From Octopus sinensis (taxonomy: Eukaryota): a DNA stretch of 64,000 nt. The position numbers and the translations under genes are program-made. Below, in pieces: positions 39,400-50,889 of the stretch. The stretch spans positions 77,438,001-77,502,000 of the forward strand of contig NC_042999.1 of the NCBI RefSeq assembly GCF_006345805.1, written 5' to 3'. How positions within the stretch are numbered: position 1 is the first letter of the stretch; the number at the start of each line of letters is the position of its first letter. Below the pieces are notes generated by a model that saw only the letters and a program-made list of their open reading frames with translations, made no database searches and had not been told where the DNA came from.

Positions 39400-40561
39400 T
39401 TGGGTCATTCCATGAACGATGCAGTTTTTCCAATTGCATGAACTAAAAGTTGAAGGGGGACAGTTTGAGTTTAACAGTTATTTTTTCAAAGCTATAATGG
39501 AAATGACAAAGGAGCATATTCAGCATATTTTGCTTTATAAGTTCAATAAAGGTAACAATGCAACAGAAAGTGCGAGGAATATTAATGCAGCATATGGGGA
39601 TCAGACAATAAGTGTAAACCAGTGTCAACGGTGGTTCCAGAAATTCCGAGCCAGAAACTACAGCCTAGAAGATGAGCCCCATCCTGGAAGATCTGTAGAG
39701 CTTGACAAGGACATATAGCAAGCCCTGGTGGAACAAAATCCCATCGTAACTGTTGAGGAACTAGCAGAGAAGCTTGGATTTAGTCATTCTGAAAAGTCAG
39801 CAAATTGTGTCAATGGGTTCCTCACAAACTTTCTGAGCCTAATCGCATGCAGAGAGTGAATGTGTTCTCTTCTTTGCTGTCATGTCTCATGAATGAACCT
39901 TTTTTGGATTGAATAGTGACTGGTGATGAGAAATACATTCTCTATAAAAATGTCAAGCACCAAAGACAGTGGGTAGGGAAAGGAGAAACACCGGCACCCC
40001 AGGCTAAAGAAGGTCTTCACCCACTTAAGGTGTTGTTATCTGTTTGGTGGGATATGACAGGTTTAGTCTACTATGAACTTTTAAGCCCAAACCAAATGAT
40101 AACAAAGGAGATCTACAGCAAGCAGCTTGAGTGGTTTAAGTCAGTGCTCAAAGAAAAACGACCATCTTTGGTTTCAAGACAAAAGATGTTCTTCCCTCAG
40201 AACAATGCTCAGCCACATACAGTGAGGATGACATTCCAAAGGCTGAAGCAATGTGAATGGGAAACCATATTCACCAGACATTGCCCCATCTGATTATCAT
40301 TTATTCTGCAGTCTTCAAAATCATTTGGACAGAAAAAATATAAATTCTGTAGTTGAGGTCAGAACAGTACTGGAGGAGTATTTTTCATCAAGGACAAGTG
40401 AATTTTGGATGAGGGTCCTTGCAAGTCTACAAGATAGATGGAAGTGCATTGTAGAAAATGAAGGAGAGTATATTTTAAGATTAAAAAAGAACTTTGTTTA
40501 TCTTAATTTTGAAAAAATAAAAGAAGTGTAAAAAAATCCACATTATTTATTGGATGACCCA
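39400..40561 (+). mobile_element. Mariner (DD34D-type) transposon, decayed
   Basis: WVPHKL, VTGDEKYILY, LLSVWWD and YSPDIAPSDYHLF; TIRs tgggtcattcc... and ...ggatgaccca; TA at the left end. Confidence 0.92.
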
Positions 40562-42138
40562 GAGGAATTCAAGACAGGATGCCCTAGGGAGCTCCTCTAT
40601 GCTGACGACCGTCCTCTAATTGCTGAGTCACTATCAGAACTAGAGGAGAAGTTTCAGGTGTGGAAACAAGTATTAGAATTGAAGGGCCTTAGAGTCAACC
40701 TAGCTAAAACCAAAGTCCTAATAAGTAGGAAGGCAGGCAAACCACAAATCCCTTCAGGTAGATGGCCCTGCTTGATCTGTAGAAAAGGCGTAGGTAGAAA
40801 CTCTATAAGATGTACCCAGTGTAAGCTATGGACACATAAGAGGTGCAGCAATATCAAAAGAAGGCTAACTGGGAAGATAGTTTTTGTATGTGGCAGATGC
40901 TCAGGAGCAATAAACACTGAAAATGTGCAGAGAACAATTTCCGCCACATTCCAGGGAGAAAAACTAGAAGTAGTTGATAGTTTCTGTTACCTAGGTGACC
41001 AAGTCAGTAGCAGGGGAGAGTGTGCTGAAAGTGTAGCTGCTAGAATAAGAATAGCCTGGGTAAAGTTCAGAGACTCTTACCTCTGCTGGTGACAAAGGGC
41101 CACTTACTCAGAGTAAAAGGTAGACTGTATGATGCATGTGTACGAACAGCCATGCTACATGGCAGTGAAACATGAGCTGTGACTGCTGAGGACATGCATA
41201 AGCTCACAAGGAATGAAGCCAGGATGATCCAATGAATGTGTAATGTCAGTGTGTATACTCAACAGAGTGTAAGTATTTTGAGAGAAAAGTTGGACCTAAG
41301 AAGCATCAGATGTAGTGTGCAAGAGAGACGATTGCGCTGGGATGGTCATGTGGCGAGAATGAATGAGGATAGCTGTGTGAAAAAGTGCCACACCCTAGCG
41401 GTTGAGGGAACCTGTGGAAGAGGTAGACCCAGGAAGACTTGGGATGAATTGGTGAAGCACAACTTTCAAACATTAGGCCTCACCAAGGCAATGACTACTG
41501 ACCGAGACTTTTGGAAATATGCTGTGCTTGAGAAGACCTGGCAAACCAAATGAGACCATAACCTCGTGGCCTATGCCTGGGGCGTATCCAGCTCACTTAT
41601 GCATACCTTTCCTTCATTGGACACTAAACTCTGCTTGCAAAGATCTGTTGAGGCAAGTGAAATCGAAATCAAATTCGACGGCTGGCATCCGTGCTAGTGG
41701 AGCACTAAGAGCACCATCCTAGCGTGATTGCTACCAGAGTGGCTAACTGGCTTCTGTGCCAGTGGCATGTAAAAAGCACCATTTGAGCCTGATCGTTACC
41801 AGCGTCACCTAACTGGCACTTGTGCTGGTGGCACATGAAAAAACGTTTGAGCGAGATCATTGCCAGTGCCGCTGGACTGGCTCCTGTGCAGGTAGCATGT
41901 AAAAAACACCTTTTGAGTGTGGTCATTGCCAGTACCACCTGACTGGCCCTTGTGCCAGTGGCATGTAAAAGCACCCACTACACTCTCGGAGTGGTTAGCG
42001 TTAGGAAGGGCATCCAGCTGTAGAAACTCTGCCAGATCAAGATTGGAGCCTGGTGTAGCCATCTGGTTCACCAGTCCTCAGTCAAATCGTCCAACCCATG
42101 CCAGCATGGAAAGCGGATGTTAAACAATGATGACGATG
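40561..42138 (+). mobile_element. RTE LINE, 5'-truncated
   Basis: YADD, Cys module and FCYLG (ORFs 40550-41092, 41236-41553); modular 3' UTR; tail near 42126. Confidence 0.93.
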
Positions 42139-42149
42139 AACTAATTTAA

Positions 42150-43160
42150 TGCCTTCTTCTAAAAGGTGAAGCAGTATCAAAGGAAGGTTAATGGAGAATA
42201 CAGTCTTTGTGTGTGGCAAATGTGCAGGTACAATAAGCACTAAAAATATGCAAACAACAAGCTCTCTCAAAAGCTCAGGTGGATCATTAGAAGTAGTAGA
42301 TAGGTTCTGTTACCTAGGAGACCAAGTTAGAAATGGGGGAGGGAGTTCTGAAAGTGTAGTTGCTAGGATAAGAATGGGCTGGGTGAAGTTCAGAGAGCTT
42401 CTACTCTTGTTGGTAACTAAGGGCCTCTCCCTCACAGTGAAAGGCAGATTGTATGATGCCTGTGTATGCACAGCTATGTAACATGGCAGTGAAATGAGGG
42501 CTTTGACCACAGGGGACTTGCAGAGGCTTGAAAGAAATAAAGCCAGTATGCTCCACTGGCTGGGTAGTATCAGTGTCAGAAAGAGTGTAAATGATTTAAG
42601 AGGAAAACTGTATATAAGAAGCATCAGGTGTTGTATGCAAGAGAGAAGATTGTGTTGGTTAGGTCATGTGATGTGTATGGATGAGAACAGCTGCATAAAG
42701 AAGTGCTGAGCTCTAATTGTGGAGAGTACCTTGGAAGGGGTAGACCCAGGAAGATGTGGGACAAAGTGGGGAGAAAGGATCTTCAGATGCTGGGCCTCAG
42801 TGAGGAAATGACAAGGGACCAGGAAATATGGAGATTTGCTGTAATCGATAAGATATGTCAAGCTAAGTAAAATCACTGACTTCCAAACACACAGGCTTGT
42901 CCTTTCAGATGCCAGTGCCACATAAAAAGTGCCTGGCCAGTGCTGCATTAATGCACCTGTGTTGACACTGCATAAACGCACCCATGTCAGTAGTATGTAG
43001 AAAGCGCCCAGCACACTCTATTAAGTGGTTGGCATTAGGAAGGGCATCCAACCATAGAAACCGTGCCTCAATAAACAGCTGGAGTCTGGACAGCTCCCTG
43101 TTAGCCATCCAACTCATGCCAGCATGGAAAGTGGGCATTAAATGATGATGGTGATGATGA
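42150..43160 (+). mobile_element. Older RTE LINE 3' fragment
   Basis: ORFs 42191-42481 (FCYLGDQV) and 42494-42709; (GAT)n tail near 43142. Confidence 0.88.
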
Positions 43161-44744
43161 ATGATTACTGGGTATCTATAAAGGATGAAGGCATGTCAAA
43201 ATGAAGCACACCACAGTCATTGACTAGGCAGACTACTGTAAATCAGAGAGTTAAGTAATCCATTATCATAGCATGGAATGCATTGATGAAGGAAGTTCAC
43301 TGTTGTTTGGTAATCCACAACTCTGGTGGTATCATCATCATGAAAACAAATAAAAGCAGATGAATGACTACTTTCTCTATTTGATTTATCCTATTCTGTT
43401 TCTATTTAAGTATTTATACACCATGATTTCTGGCAATGTGATTACGGCTGTCTCTATATATTATTTATTTCTTTTCATTTTCCTTCCCCTTCTTCTATCC
43501 CTCTCCTCTGGAATTTTGCAGAGACCTTCACTAATCTGTGGCTTTCCTAAAGTTATTTTCCCTGAATTATAATTAGTTGGATCTCCATTAATTAAAGCTA
43601 ATATTCTATTAGTTCTGCAGTAACTAATCAGAGCACTTTAATCAAAATGAATTAAGAAAACGAATAAGTATGCTAGAATTTATTAACCATGTCACTGCTA
43701 ATGTACTAAATAATATAACACAGTAAATGGTCTTTTCAGAGAGTAATGTCGGCAGCTGCCTTAGAACTTGTTTTTTGACAGGGTCAAATGTCATGCTTGA
43801 CACCTGTTATTAGCCGGTATACAAGCATGTTTTGCCAGTATCTACCTTTAAGAGAAAAATCACAAAGTTTAATGACATCTTTAGAATCATTATCATCATT
43901 CAACGTCCGTTGTTCATGCTGGCGTGGGTTAGTTCCACCCACTTTACATTTCTTAAATGTTGGTAATTCTGACCAGAAATTTCATTTATGATCAGTTTGT
44001 AACGGGAATAGTAGCTTCATTAATCAACATGTCACTGCTTGCTTGTTCACTTGGTAAGCCTGATGAGCTGAGAGTTGCATATCATATTACATAATATTAT
44101 GGATGTTGTACGTACTTGACTGTACAATGTTTATGTCACAATAAAGACATTTAATGAAACAATTGTAACAGTACCGGATAACACATTTGTCTATTTTTCG
44201 ATATAAAACTTATGAGGGCACAGGCGTAGCTCTGTGATATGTTTGCTTCCCAACCACATGGTACCTCTACGTGGCACCTTAGGCAAATGTCTTCTGCTAT
44301 AGCCCCAGGCTGACCAAAGCATTGTGAGTGGATTTGGTAGGCGGAAACTGAGAGAAGTCTATCATATATCAGTACTAAGCTCTTTACGTTTGTCCATGTT
44401 TGGTTTCAAAACCGTAAGGGCTGCCCTTAAAGTCTTTTATTACGCCGAAGACATCGTTGATACTGGTACTCAAACACAAATTATTATTATATTCAAGGAT
44501 CTGATAATTTCAATTAATAAAATCAAATAATCATTAATTTATTGTAAAATAAATTAGAGGATTCTAGGAAATAGCGAAACCGGATTAAGTTTCTGATATA
44601 TCATTTTTGTAAAATATTATCGAAGTAATAATATATCAGCCATTGAATATTTCAGTTAGAGGTGTGTCCTTTGCTTTTCGGTAAAGTAAAAAAAAAAAAA
44701 AATTATGTACAATCTCCATGATTCGATTTGTATGATCAAGGCAT

Positions 44745-44763
44745 TACTCTCTCTCTCTCTCTT

Positions 44764-44819
<56 letters not shown>

Positions 44820-44830
44820 GACACACACGC
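44745..44830. repeat. (CT)n(CA)n microsatellite
   Basis: Directly visible. Confidence 0.95.
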
Positions 44831-45528
44831 AAATTCTCATTCGAAAATTATGTCTTGTGTTTCTGCGAGTGCAAAAATCTGTTCCTATTTTGATAAACAA
44901 ACTTATGTTGACAAACAAACCCGAGTTAATATAAGTCACAAAATTTCAATAAACACGTCTCTCTCGACTGATATCAGTGGGGTTCGATGCGTGTATTTTG
45001 GAGGTGGACCGTATGTATGTAATCAATAGCTTAGAGAAACATCTCTATTACACCTTAATGCCGAAGAGAAAATATCTTAATCGGTGAAATATATATAGAA
45101 ATATATATACACAAATATATAAATAAAACAGAGCTGTGGCAATTCACCCAATCAATGAAATAAAATTGAATAATAAAAATATGAGGCGAATGAAAACGAA
45201 TTATTTGACATTTTAAATGCAGAAATTCAAAAGTATGTCAACAAACGAACATCACACCTGACTGAATATGGAACCTAATTTACAACTCACATTACGTGAC
45301 ATTAAAATATACAAAAAGCTATCTTTTTTCTTCTAATGTCATCAATCAGTAATAAGACTATATTAGATAACTTGTCCAGTCGGGGTGTGTAGATTTGTAA
45401 ACAATTAGTTTTCAATTCTCGTAGTTAAAGAACAGGATATACTAACAAGAAATAAAAAAAATATAAGTTGGTGCATTAAAAAAATCTAAACTAAAGAAAT
45501 AAACAGATACCATCAACAGTCAACTTAC

Positions 45529-45754
45529 ACTTTCCATGACTTGCTTCAAGTGCAATGTCAGATTGAACAGAATAGGCTGGGAACAAGCCGGGTGCTGGAG
45601 AGGGATTTTGATCTGTAGTAGTCAGTTTTGTAGTAGTCTTACTGGAGTCTGTTTCAGTAGATGGCATCTGGTAGCCCTGGGAACTTCCCTGACAAGCTAC
45701 AGGAACGGTAGAAGCTAAGGTATTGGAAGTGTTTGCTGTTCCATCGTCAGCCAT
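45529..45754 (-). CDS. NRDE2: NRDE2 exon 1
   Basis: ATG at 45754; contains LFPAY, matching the conserved NRDE2 N-terminal LFPAF; donor gtaagt at 45528; ends in phase 1. Confidence 0.85.
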
Positions 45755-46330
45755 ATTTCACCTTCCTAAACCATTCACTGGCTACTTAGCAAGGGGAGCT
45801 GACTCTTTTCAGCATCACTGAGTTTAAACATTCCACTCTTACTTTCTTTCTCGTTCTCCTTCTCTTCTCAATTACTTTTTTAAAGATCTGTCTCTGTCAC
45901 TCTTCCCGTAACTATGATCACATTTTGCTACACGCTTTTACTCTTCTGTTACATAAAACGACATTAACACACGAACAAATAAATAAAACAAAAAATAGAT
46001 TGACGTTTTTAATTACATGAGCGTAAAATACGAAAACATAAATACAGCAATATTAAGGTAAAAAGTGTGAAAATAACACTTTAAAAAATGTTTAAGCAAT
46101 TAACCGCTTTATGGTAATTGTGTAAGGCCACAAAAGTTCAAAACTTCGGTCGTCTGCTACAACTGAATACCGTAGTTCACCTACGTTGTCCAGGGAACAC
46201 ACCGTATAACTGCTTTTGATATTGCCCTGCTTGATATTTTAAATGGCCCTGGATTGTGCAAACGTGCAAAGTACTGCGATCTTAACGTATAAAAAAATGA
46301 TACCACGAACCGGGTAGATGGATATGGGGC
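45755..46330 (-). promoter_or_regulatory. NRDE2 5' UTR and probable promoter
   Basis: Directly upstream of the ATG; CpG-rich (13 CG in 46141-46380). Confidence 0.5.
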
Positions 46331-47051
46331 GTTGACGAAAACCGGATATGTTTATATATTAGTGATAGAAGTTAAATATAACAGAAATTGAGCGTCAGCC
46401 AACTAATTACTGAGTCTCATCAACTTCGCGTCTTTTTCATAGATTTGTGACAATTGCTGACTTACTTGCCTGTTGCGAGTCATTGAATAACCCATACAAT
46501 TATCGAACAAAGTTGAACTAACGACACAATTTTTCTAACTCTGACAAATAAAAAATAATCCCACACATTTTAATGGCGGAGGTAGGAGTCGATTTTAACC
46601 ACGTAATGACGGGAACATATTTTATTAACCTTGCTAGGATGAAAGGTAAAGTTGACTTCGGTGGTATTTAAAGATAAACTAGCTGTAAAGAGATATATTT
46701 AAATATCATTGCGAAGTATTTAATCTAGCATTCTTACTATTTCTACCATTTCACATGCCTTTACTAATACAATTAATGGCTGCAAATTTTGGCACAAGAC
46801 CAGCAATTTCGGGGGAGGGAATAAGTCCATTACATTGACCTCAGTGTTCAACTGGTACTTATTTCATCGGCCCCGAAAATATGAAATGTAAAGTCGAGCT
46901 CGGCGGTATTTGAACTCAGAATATAAAATCAGAAGAAATGCCACTAAGCAATTTATTCAGCGCGATAAAGTTCTGCTAACTCGCTGTAGCAATGATTCGA
47001 GACTGGAACGCTAGTTAGTCGGTCAGACATCACGATCAAACCTCAATAGTT

Positions 47052-47083
47052 TCACGTGATCGGGCTATTAAAGAACCAATCAG
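47052..47083. promoter_or_regulatory. E-box plus CCAAT box pair
   Basis: TCACGTGA at 47052-47059 and AACCAATCAG at 47074-47083 within CpG-rich DNA; motif match only. Confidence 0.25.
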
Positions 47084-47759
47084 CGTCAAGTCATCGTATG
47101 ATTCAATCTTCTAGAATCTCCTTGTGCCCTATAGAAAAGCGGTTTTGGGTGGTTATTGGAGAATGTTGAGGCAGCCACGCGTTGTCTCTATTCTCGCCAC
47201 ATACAGCCAGTTAGAAAGATAGCCGATAGTAGACAGGCATTTTCGTCGCCATGAATGTAGTGCAATTATTTTCCAGTTGAGATGAGTCGTCTGCAAATAG
47301 CTGTATCAGTAAGCTTGTAAACTCCAAGCAGTATGTCTCTCTCAGTATGTAATCATTGCTGTTATTAATTGTAAAAAACTACTGCAATTAAAACATTATG
47401 TGCAATAATAAAATATTAATTGTTCGTGGTGCTATCAGTTACATCTTTACACAGCCCGAGAAATACGTTTTCATTCAGCAATTCAAATCATCACCTCAGA
47501 TCCACCGACAGCAAAAGACAATACACTATAACTCACGATCTTCAACACGAGCGACATTTGGTGATATTCGACTCAGAAATAGCCAGCAAAAGCCAACGAA
47601 ATAAACCCGACTCATTTAGTGCGTGAATATCAACTCACCACGACTACCACTACGACAAGGAGACAAGACCAAAAGGCGCAAAAGTCGCAATACATACAAT
47701 CCTTGCCATTGTAACCCCTTCCTCTGCAGGCTATGGCGCCGAGAACAGTTAGCTTTGGC

Positions 47760-48982
47760 CAGTGGTCCTCAACTAGTGTCCAAATAAGATTTTATTAAAA
47801 TTTATGGGCAAGTAATTGCTTATAATTCTACAGAGTGGCGCACAGAGGACGGGCGTTTCTGAAAAATTCACAAACTCATTAATTTTAGCTGCAAACAAAT
47901 TTTATTGACATCAATGTGTCTGTATTGAATTGGCATTTGTCAAAATCAAGTGTGGAAAACAAGATCCATCATAGGGTGTCCGTTTTCATTGATGCATTTC
48001 TGAAGGCATTCTTGGAAGTTGACTTCCCCCACTCTCTCCAGCATTGCTCTGTCGATTTGGGCGACTTCCACGCGAATAGCTTTCTTCAAATCCCCACAAG
48101 AAATTATCACACATGGACAAATCGGGGGACCGGGGCGGGGTCTGCAAACCTGGAAATGAGGCGGTCACCGAAGAGAGGGCGAAGAACGTCCATTGATGCT
48201 CTGGCTGCGTGGGCCGTCGCCCCATCCTGCTGAAACCACACAAGTCGAATAGGCATATGTTTCCGTCGTAATTCAGACACAAAGACGTTGTTTATCATCT
48301 CAGTGTAATGCTCGGATCTCACAGTAACAGTATTTCCATTATTGTCTTTAAAAATGTATGGTCCAATGACGACAGCTTTCCCAACAACACACTAGACCGT
48401 CAATTTTGGATTGAGGTTGTCATTTCCCTCACAAATTGCCTCCATCTGACGTGCGAAGTTAAGCCACTGTGCATAGTCCTATGGTTTCAACTGTTGCTCA
48501 ATGACCAAGTCTACGGGTGGAAATCCAGGTTTTCATGCAAAATACGCCTTACCGATCGATTACCGATGCCAAGTTCAGTGGAATGCCTCCGAGCAGAGCG
48601 ATTTGGACTCCATATCAAAGCTTGTCTGACGCGTTCCGCATTTTCCGGGGTCCGTACCGTTCGTGTCGCCCCTACTGGTCTCCTATTCATTAGTGTACTT
48701 CGTGTACGAAGTGCATTCAATTCATCCAACATAGGATTGCATCACGAGTGGAACAGTCTGATTTCAGTGCATGTTGAAGTGGTGCTGAACTGCTGTGACA
48801 GACACGTTATTCTTCATATAACTGTTGTAGGCAAACACATGATGCTCTTTCGTCCACAGTACCATGGCTTCACCTGAAAAGAGAAAAAAAAATGCCAAGA
48901 CGCCACGGACCAAAAGGTAGGTCCAGTAGAGTACAATAGGATTCAAAAGGATCCACAAGCAAAAATCGGTTGAGAACCACTG
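47760..48982. mobile_element. hAT/Charlie-type MITE hosting the rosa element
   Basis: TIRs CAGTGGTCCTCAAC and GTTGAGAACCACTG; flanking 8-mers GCTTTGGC and GTTTGAGC match at 5/8. Confidence 0.55.
47831..48905 (-). mobile_element. Tc1/mariner rosa-type (DD41D-like) transposon, decayed
   Basis: MVLWTKEH start, VRTPENAERVRQAL, WFQQDGATAH and PRSPDLSMCDNFLWG; end TA|CAGAGTGGCGCAC at 47829; 5' TIR largely lost. Confidence 0.8.
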
Positions 48983-49535
48983 GTTTGAGCGCTCAAAATA
49001 GCAGTCAAATCCATCCTTCAACATCAAGAAAACTCCTTTCTCTCGATTATGATTCCGAAATGAAGTTGATCTTAAACGTCTCCAAGTTCGTATCCTTTCA
49101 TTTGCGTGAGTTCAACTAATTTCTATTCCAAAAAGAATGGCGATTTCACTTGTCCCATTCGTCTCTTCTATTTCCTCTGAGTTGGCATTATTTCGTAAAA
49201 CAACCAAAGACAGAATTCAGACTTTAATATATAAGCTCGAACAATTGCAATTTTCCAGATATTCTACACGCTCGAAATCGCGGAGCTGAAGGATTTCTAG
49301 GGAGCTGAGGTGTTATGAGCCAGGCTGTGTTATAGGGAAGGATCGGAAGTGAGGGAGTAGGCATGTCCTGTCGGAAGTGGGGCCCGTGGATTCCACTGGA
49401 AGTGCCGCGGTGGATATGCGGCATCAGCGAAACACGAGGGGCCAGTTGGCGGGGGAAAGCACATCAGAGCGGACGTATAAGACTGTACAGCGACGGATAG
49501 CGCACGTGGACGTGGAGTGAACCTTGGAGGTCGAG

Positions 49536-49955
49536 TCAGCACGTGAATCTCCCTGCATCACCGAATACTACACCAGCTTCATTAACCGTAACACCTCCCA
49601 AGCGGACAATGGCGTCCATCCCCATCACGACATCGATCCCGTCCACTACGCGATCAATCACAATAGCCTGCAACCTCAATCTTTTTCCTCGTACCACCAT
49701 CTCCACATCGCTACTTCCTCTACATTCAACTTCCGTACCGTCAACGGCCCTCACACTATTCATTCCACTCCATTCTTCTACCACTTTTGGAGTCATTAGG
49801 GTTGTTGAGCAGCCCGTGTCCACGACGGCTCGTGACACCTTTCCGTTCACTACGACTCCTACTCCTGGCAACGACTGTATATGCGCCTCTATTCTTTCGA
49901 CGGGACGACTATCGGGGCCATAGTCTCCTTGGACTGTTTCCCTGCACGCATTCAC
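49536..49955 (-). CDS. Retroviral-type aspartic protease, truncated downstream
   Basis: VVDTGCSTTL catalytic motif and VVMGMD; no RT, RNase H or integrase follows. Confidence 0.85.
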   Translation of the reverse strand: MNACRETVQGDYGPDSRPVERIEAHIQSLPGVGVVVNGKVSRAVVDTGCSTTLMTPKVVEEWSGMNSVRAVDGTEVECRGSSDVEMVVRGKRLRLQAIVIDRVVDGIDVVMGMDAIVRLGGVTVNEAGVVFGDAGRFTC

Positions 49956-50634
49956 TAGCGATGTGGCCTATCTGTCTGCATCGATAGCAAATTACCCCAG
50001 GCCTAGGTTCCTTACAGTCCCTCGCCATGTGCGAACCCTGACACTGAAAACACTGACCTTTGAAGGGTCGCACACGTTCCTTGTTCGCCTCGCTTTTTCG
50101 ACCCCTTCTCGGTGTTGCAGTCGCTGCCAAAGGTGTCATCCTGCAACACGAGACGATGGCTCTGGCCCGAGATATTACCTCTCCCATTGCCATAGGAGCG
50201 TTCGGCAGCTTTTGCAGTTTGACCGACACGTGGTCAGGAAATCCTGTCACAAAGGCTAATTTAATGGTTTGTTCTAACGCGCTATCTCTATATCCCACGT
50301 GTCTAGCCAATCTCCTGATTTCGTTGGCAAACGCATCGACCTGTTTGCCCATCCACTTTGCTTTCCCCAGTCGACCATATGCCATAAATAGCCCTTCTGT
50401 GAAAGCCTCCATCAGCCGGCCTTCTATTTTTTCTGCGCTCAACTGGTCCTTCTCTTCCATTTCCAGGTATATCGCCAACGCCGATCCCTCGAGGTACGAC
50501 AGTATAAAACTCGCTAGATCATCTATACCTTGAAGTATTGCCATCAATTTAATTTTTTGCAGCCAAGCGGTCACATCTCCCTCTCCACAAAATGGCAAAA
50601 CCGTCTCATTCGAAACATGGACCATACCCACCAT
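49909..50634 (-). CDS. Gypsy Gag (capsid plus two zinc knuckles), open 241 aa
   Basis: PFCGEGDVTAWL...YLEGSALAIY capsid-like N-terminus; CFQCQGSHMARDC and CYRCRQIGHIASEC. Confidence 0.85.
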   Translation of the reverse strand: MVGMVHVSNETVLPFCGEGDVTAWLQKIKLMAILQGIDDLASFILSYLEGSALAIYLEMEEKDQLSAEKIEGRLMEAFTEGLFMAYGRLGKAKWMGKQVDAFANEIRRLARHVGYRDSALEQTIKLAFVTGFPDHVSVKLQKLPNAPMAMGEVISRARAIVSCCRMTPLAATATPRRGRKSEANKERVRPFKGQCFQCQGSHMARDCKEPRPGVICYRCRQIGHIASECVQGNSPRRLWPR

Positions 50635-50889
50635 TTAAAATTTTTTTTTATTTTGAGCCGAAATAGCTTGTGATGTAAAGGAAGAAATGACAGATGCGAA
50701 CAGAAAATTACGGTAGTCTCACCTGTCGGTCTGGAAAAAGGGTCACTTTCAACATCCACGTACTGTTTCGATCTCCAAGGTTCACTCCACGTCCATGTGC
50801 GCTACCCGTCGCTGTACACTCTCACACGTCCGTTCTAATGTGCTGTCCACCGCCAACTGGCCCCTCGTGCTTCGATGATGTCCATTCTT

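Larger units (their letters stand above)
49311..50883 (-). mobile_element. Ty3/Gypsy remnant: LTR part, gag and protease, joined to an inverted LTR copy
   Basis: Gag and aspartic protease ORFs; TGGTG (PBS-like) at 50629-50633; LTR-like copies at 49424-49548 and 50754-50883 in opposite orientation. Confidence 0.85.

Noticed and set aside
38242-39439. Long ORFs of 100-388 aa rich in Y/I/M/C
   Set aside because: They are translations of the TA/CA microsatellite, which lacks stops in some frames.
43988-44088. C/D-box snoRNA-like segment on the - strand
   Set aside because: The C box is imperfect (ATGATAT) and I could recognise no guide sequence or convincing terminal stem.
46570-46600. ATGGCGGAG|GTAGGA as a first exon or YY1 site
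   Set aside because: The downstream sequence aligns with a decayed family B SINE on the - strand.
48308-48877. 189-aa + strand ORF
   Set aside because: It is antisense to the decayed rosa transposase and has no recognisable motifs.
49311-50883. DIRS element, suggested by the inverted terminal repeats
   Set aside because: It encodes an aspartic protease and has no tyrosine recombinase or RT; the Gag is Gypsy-like.
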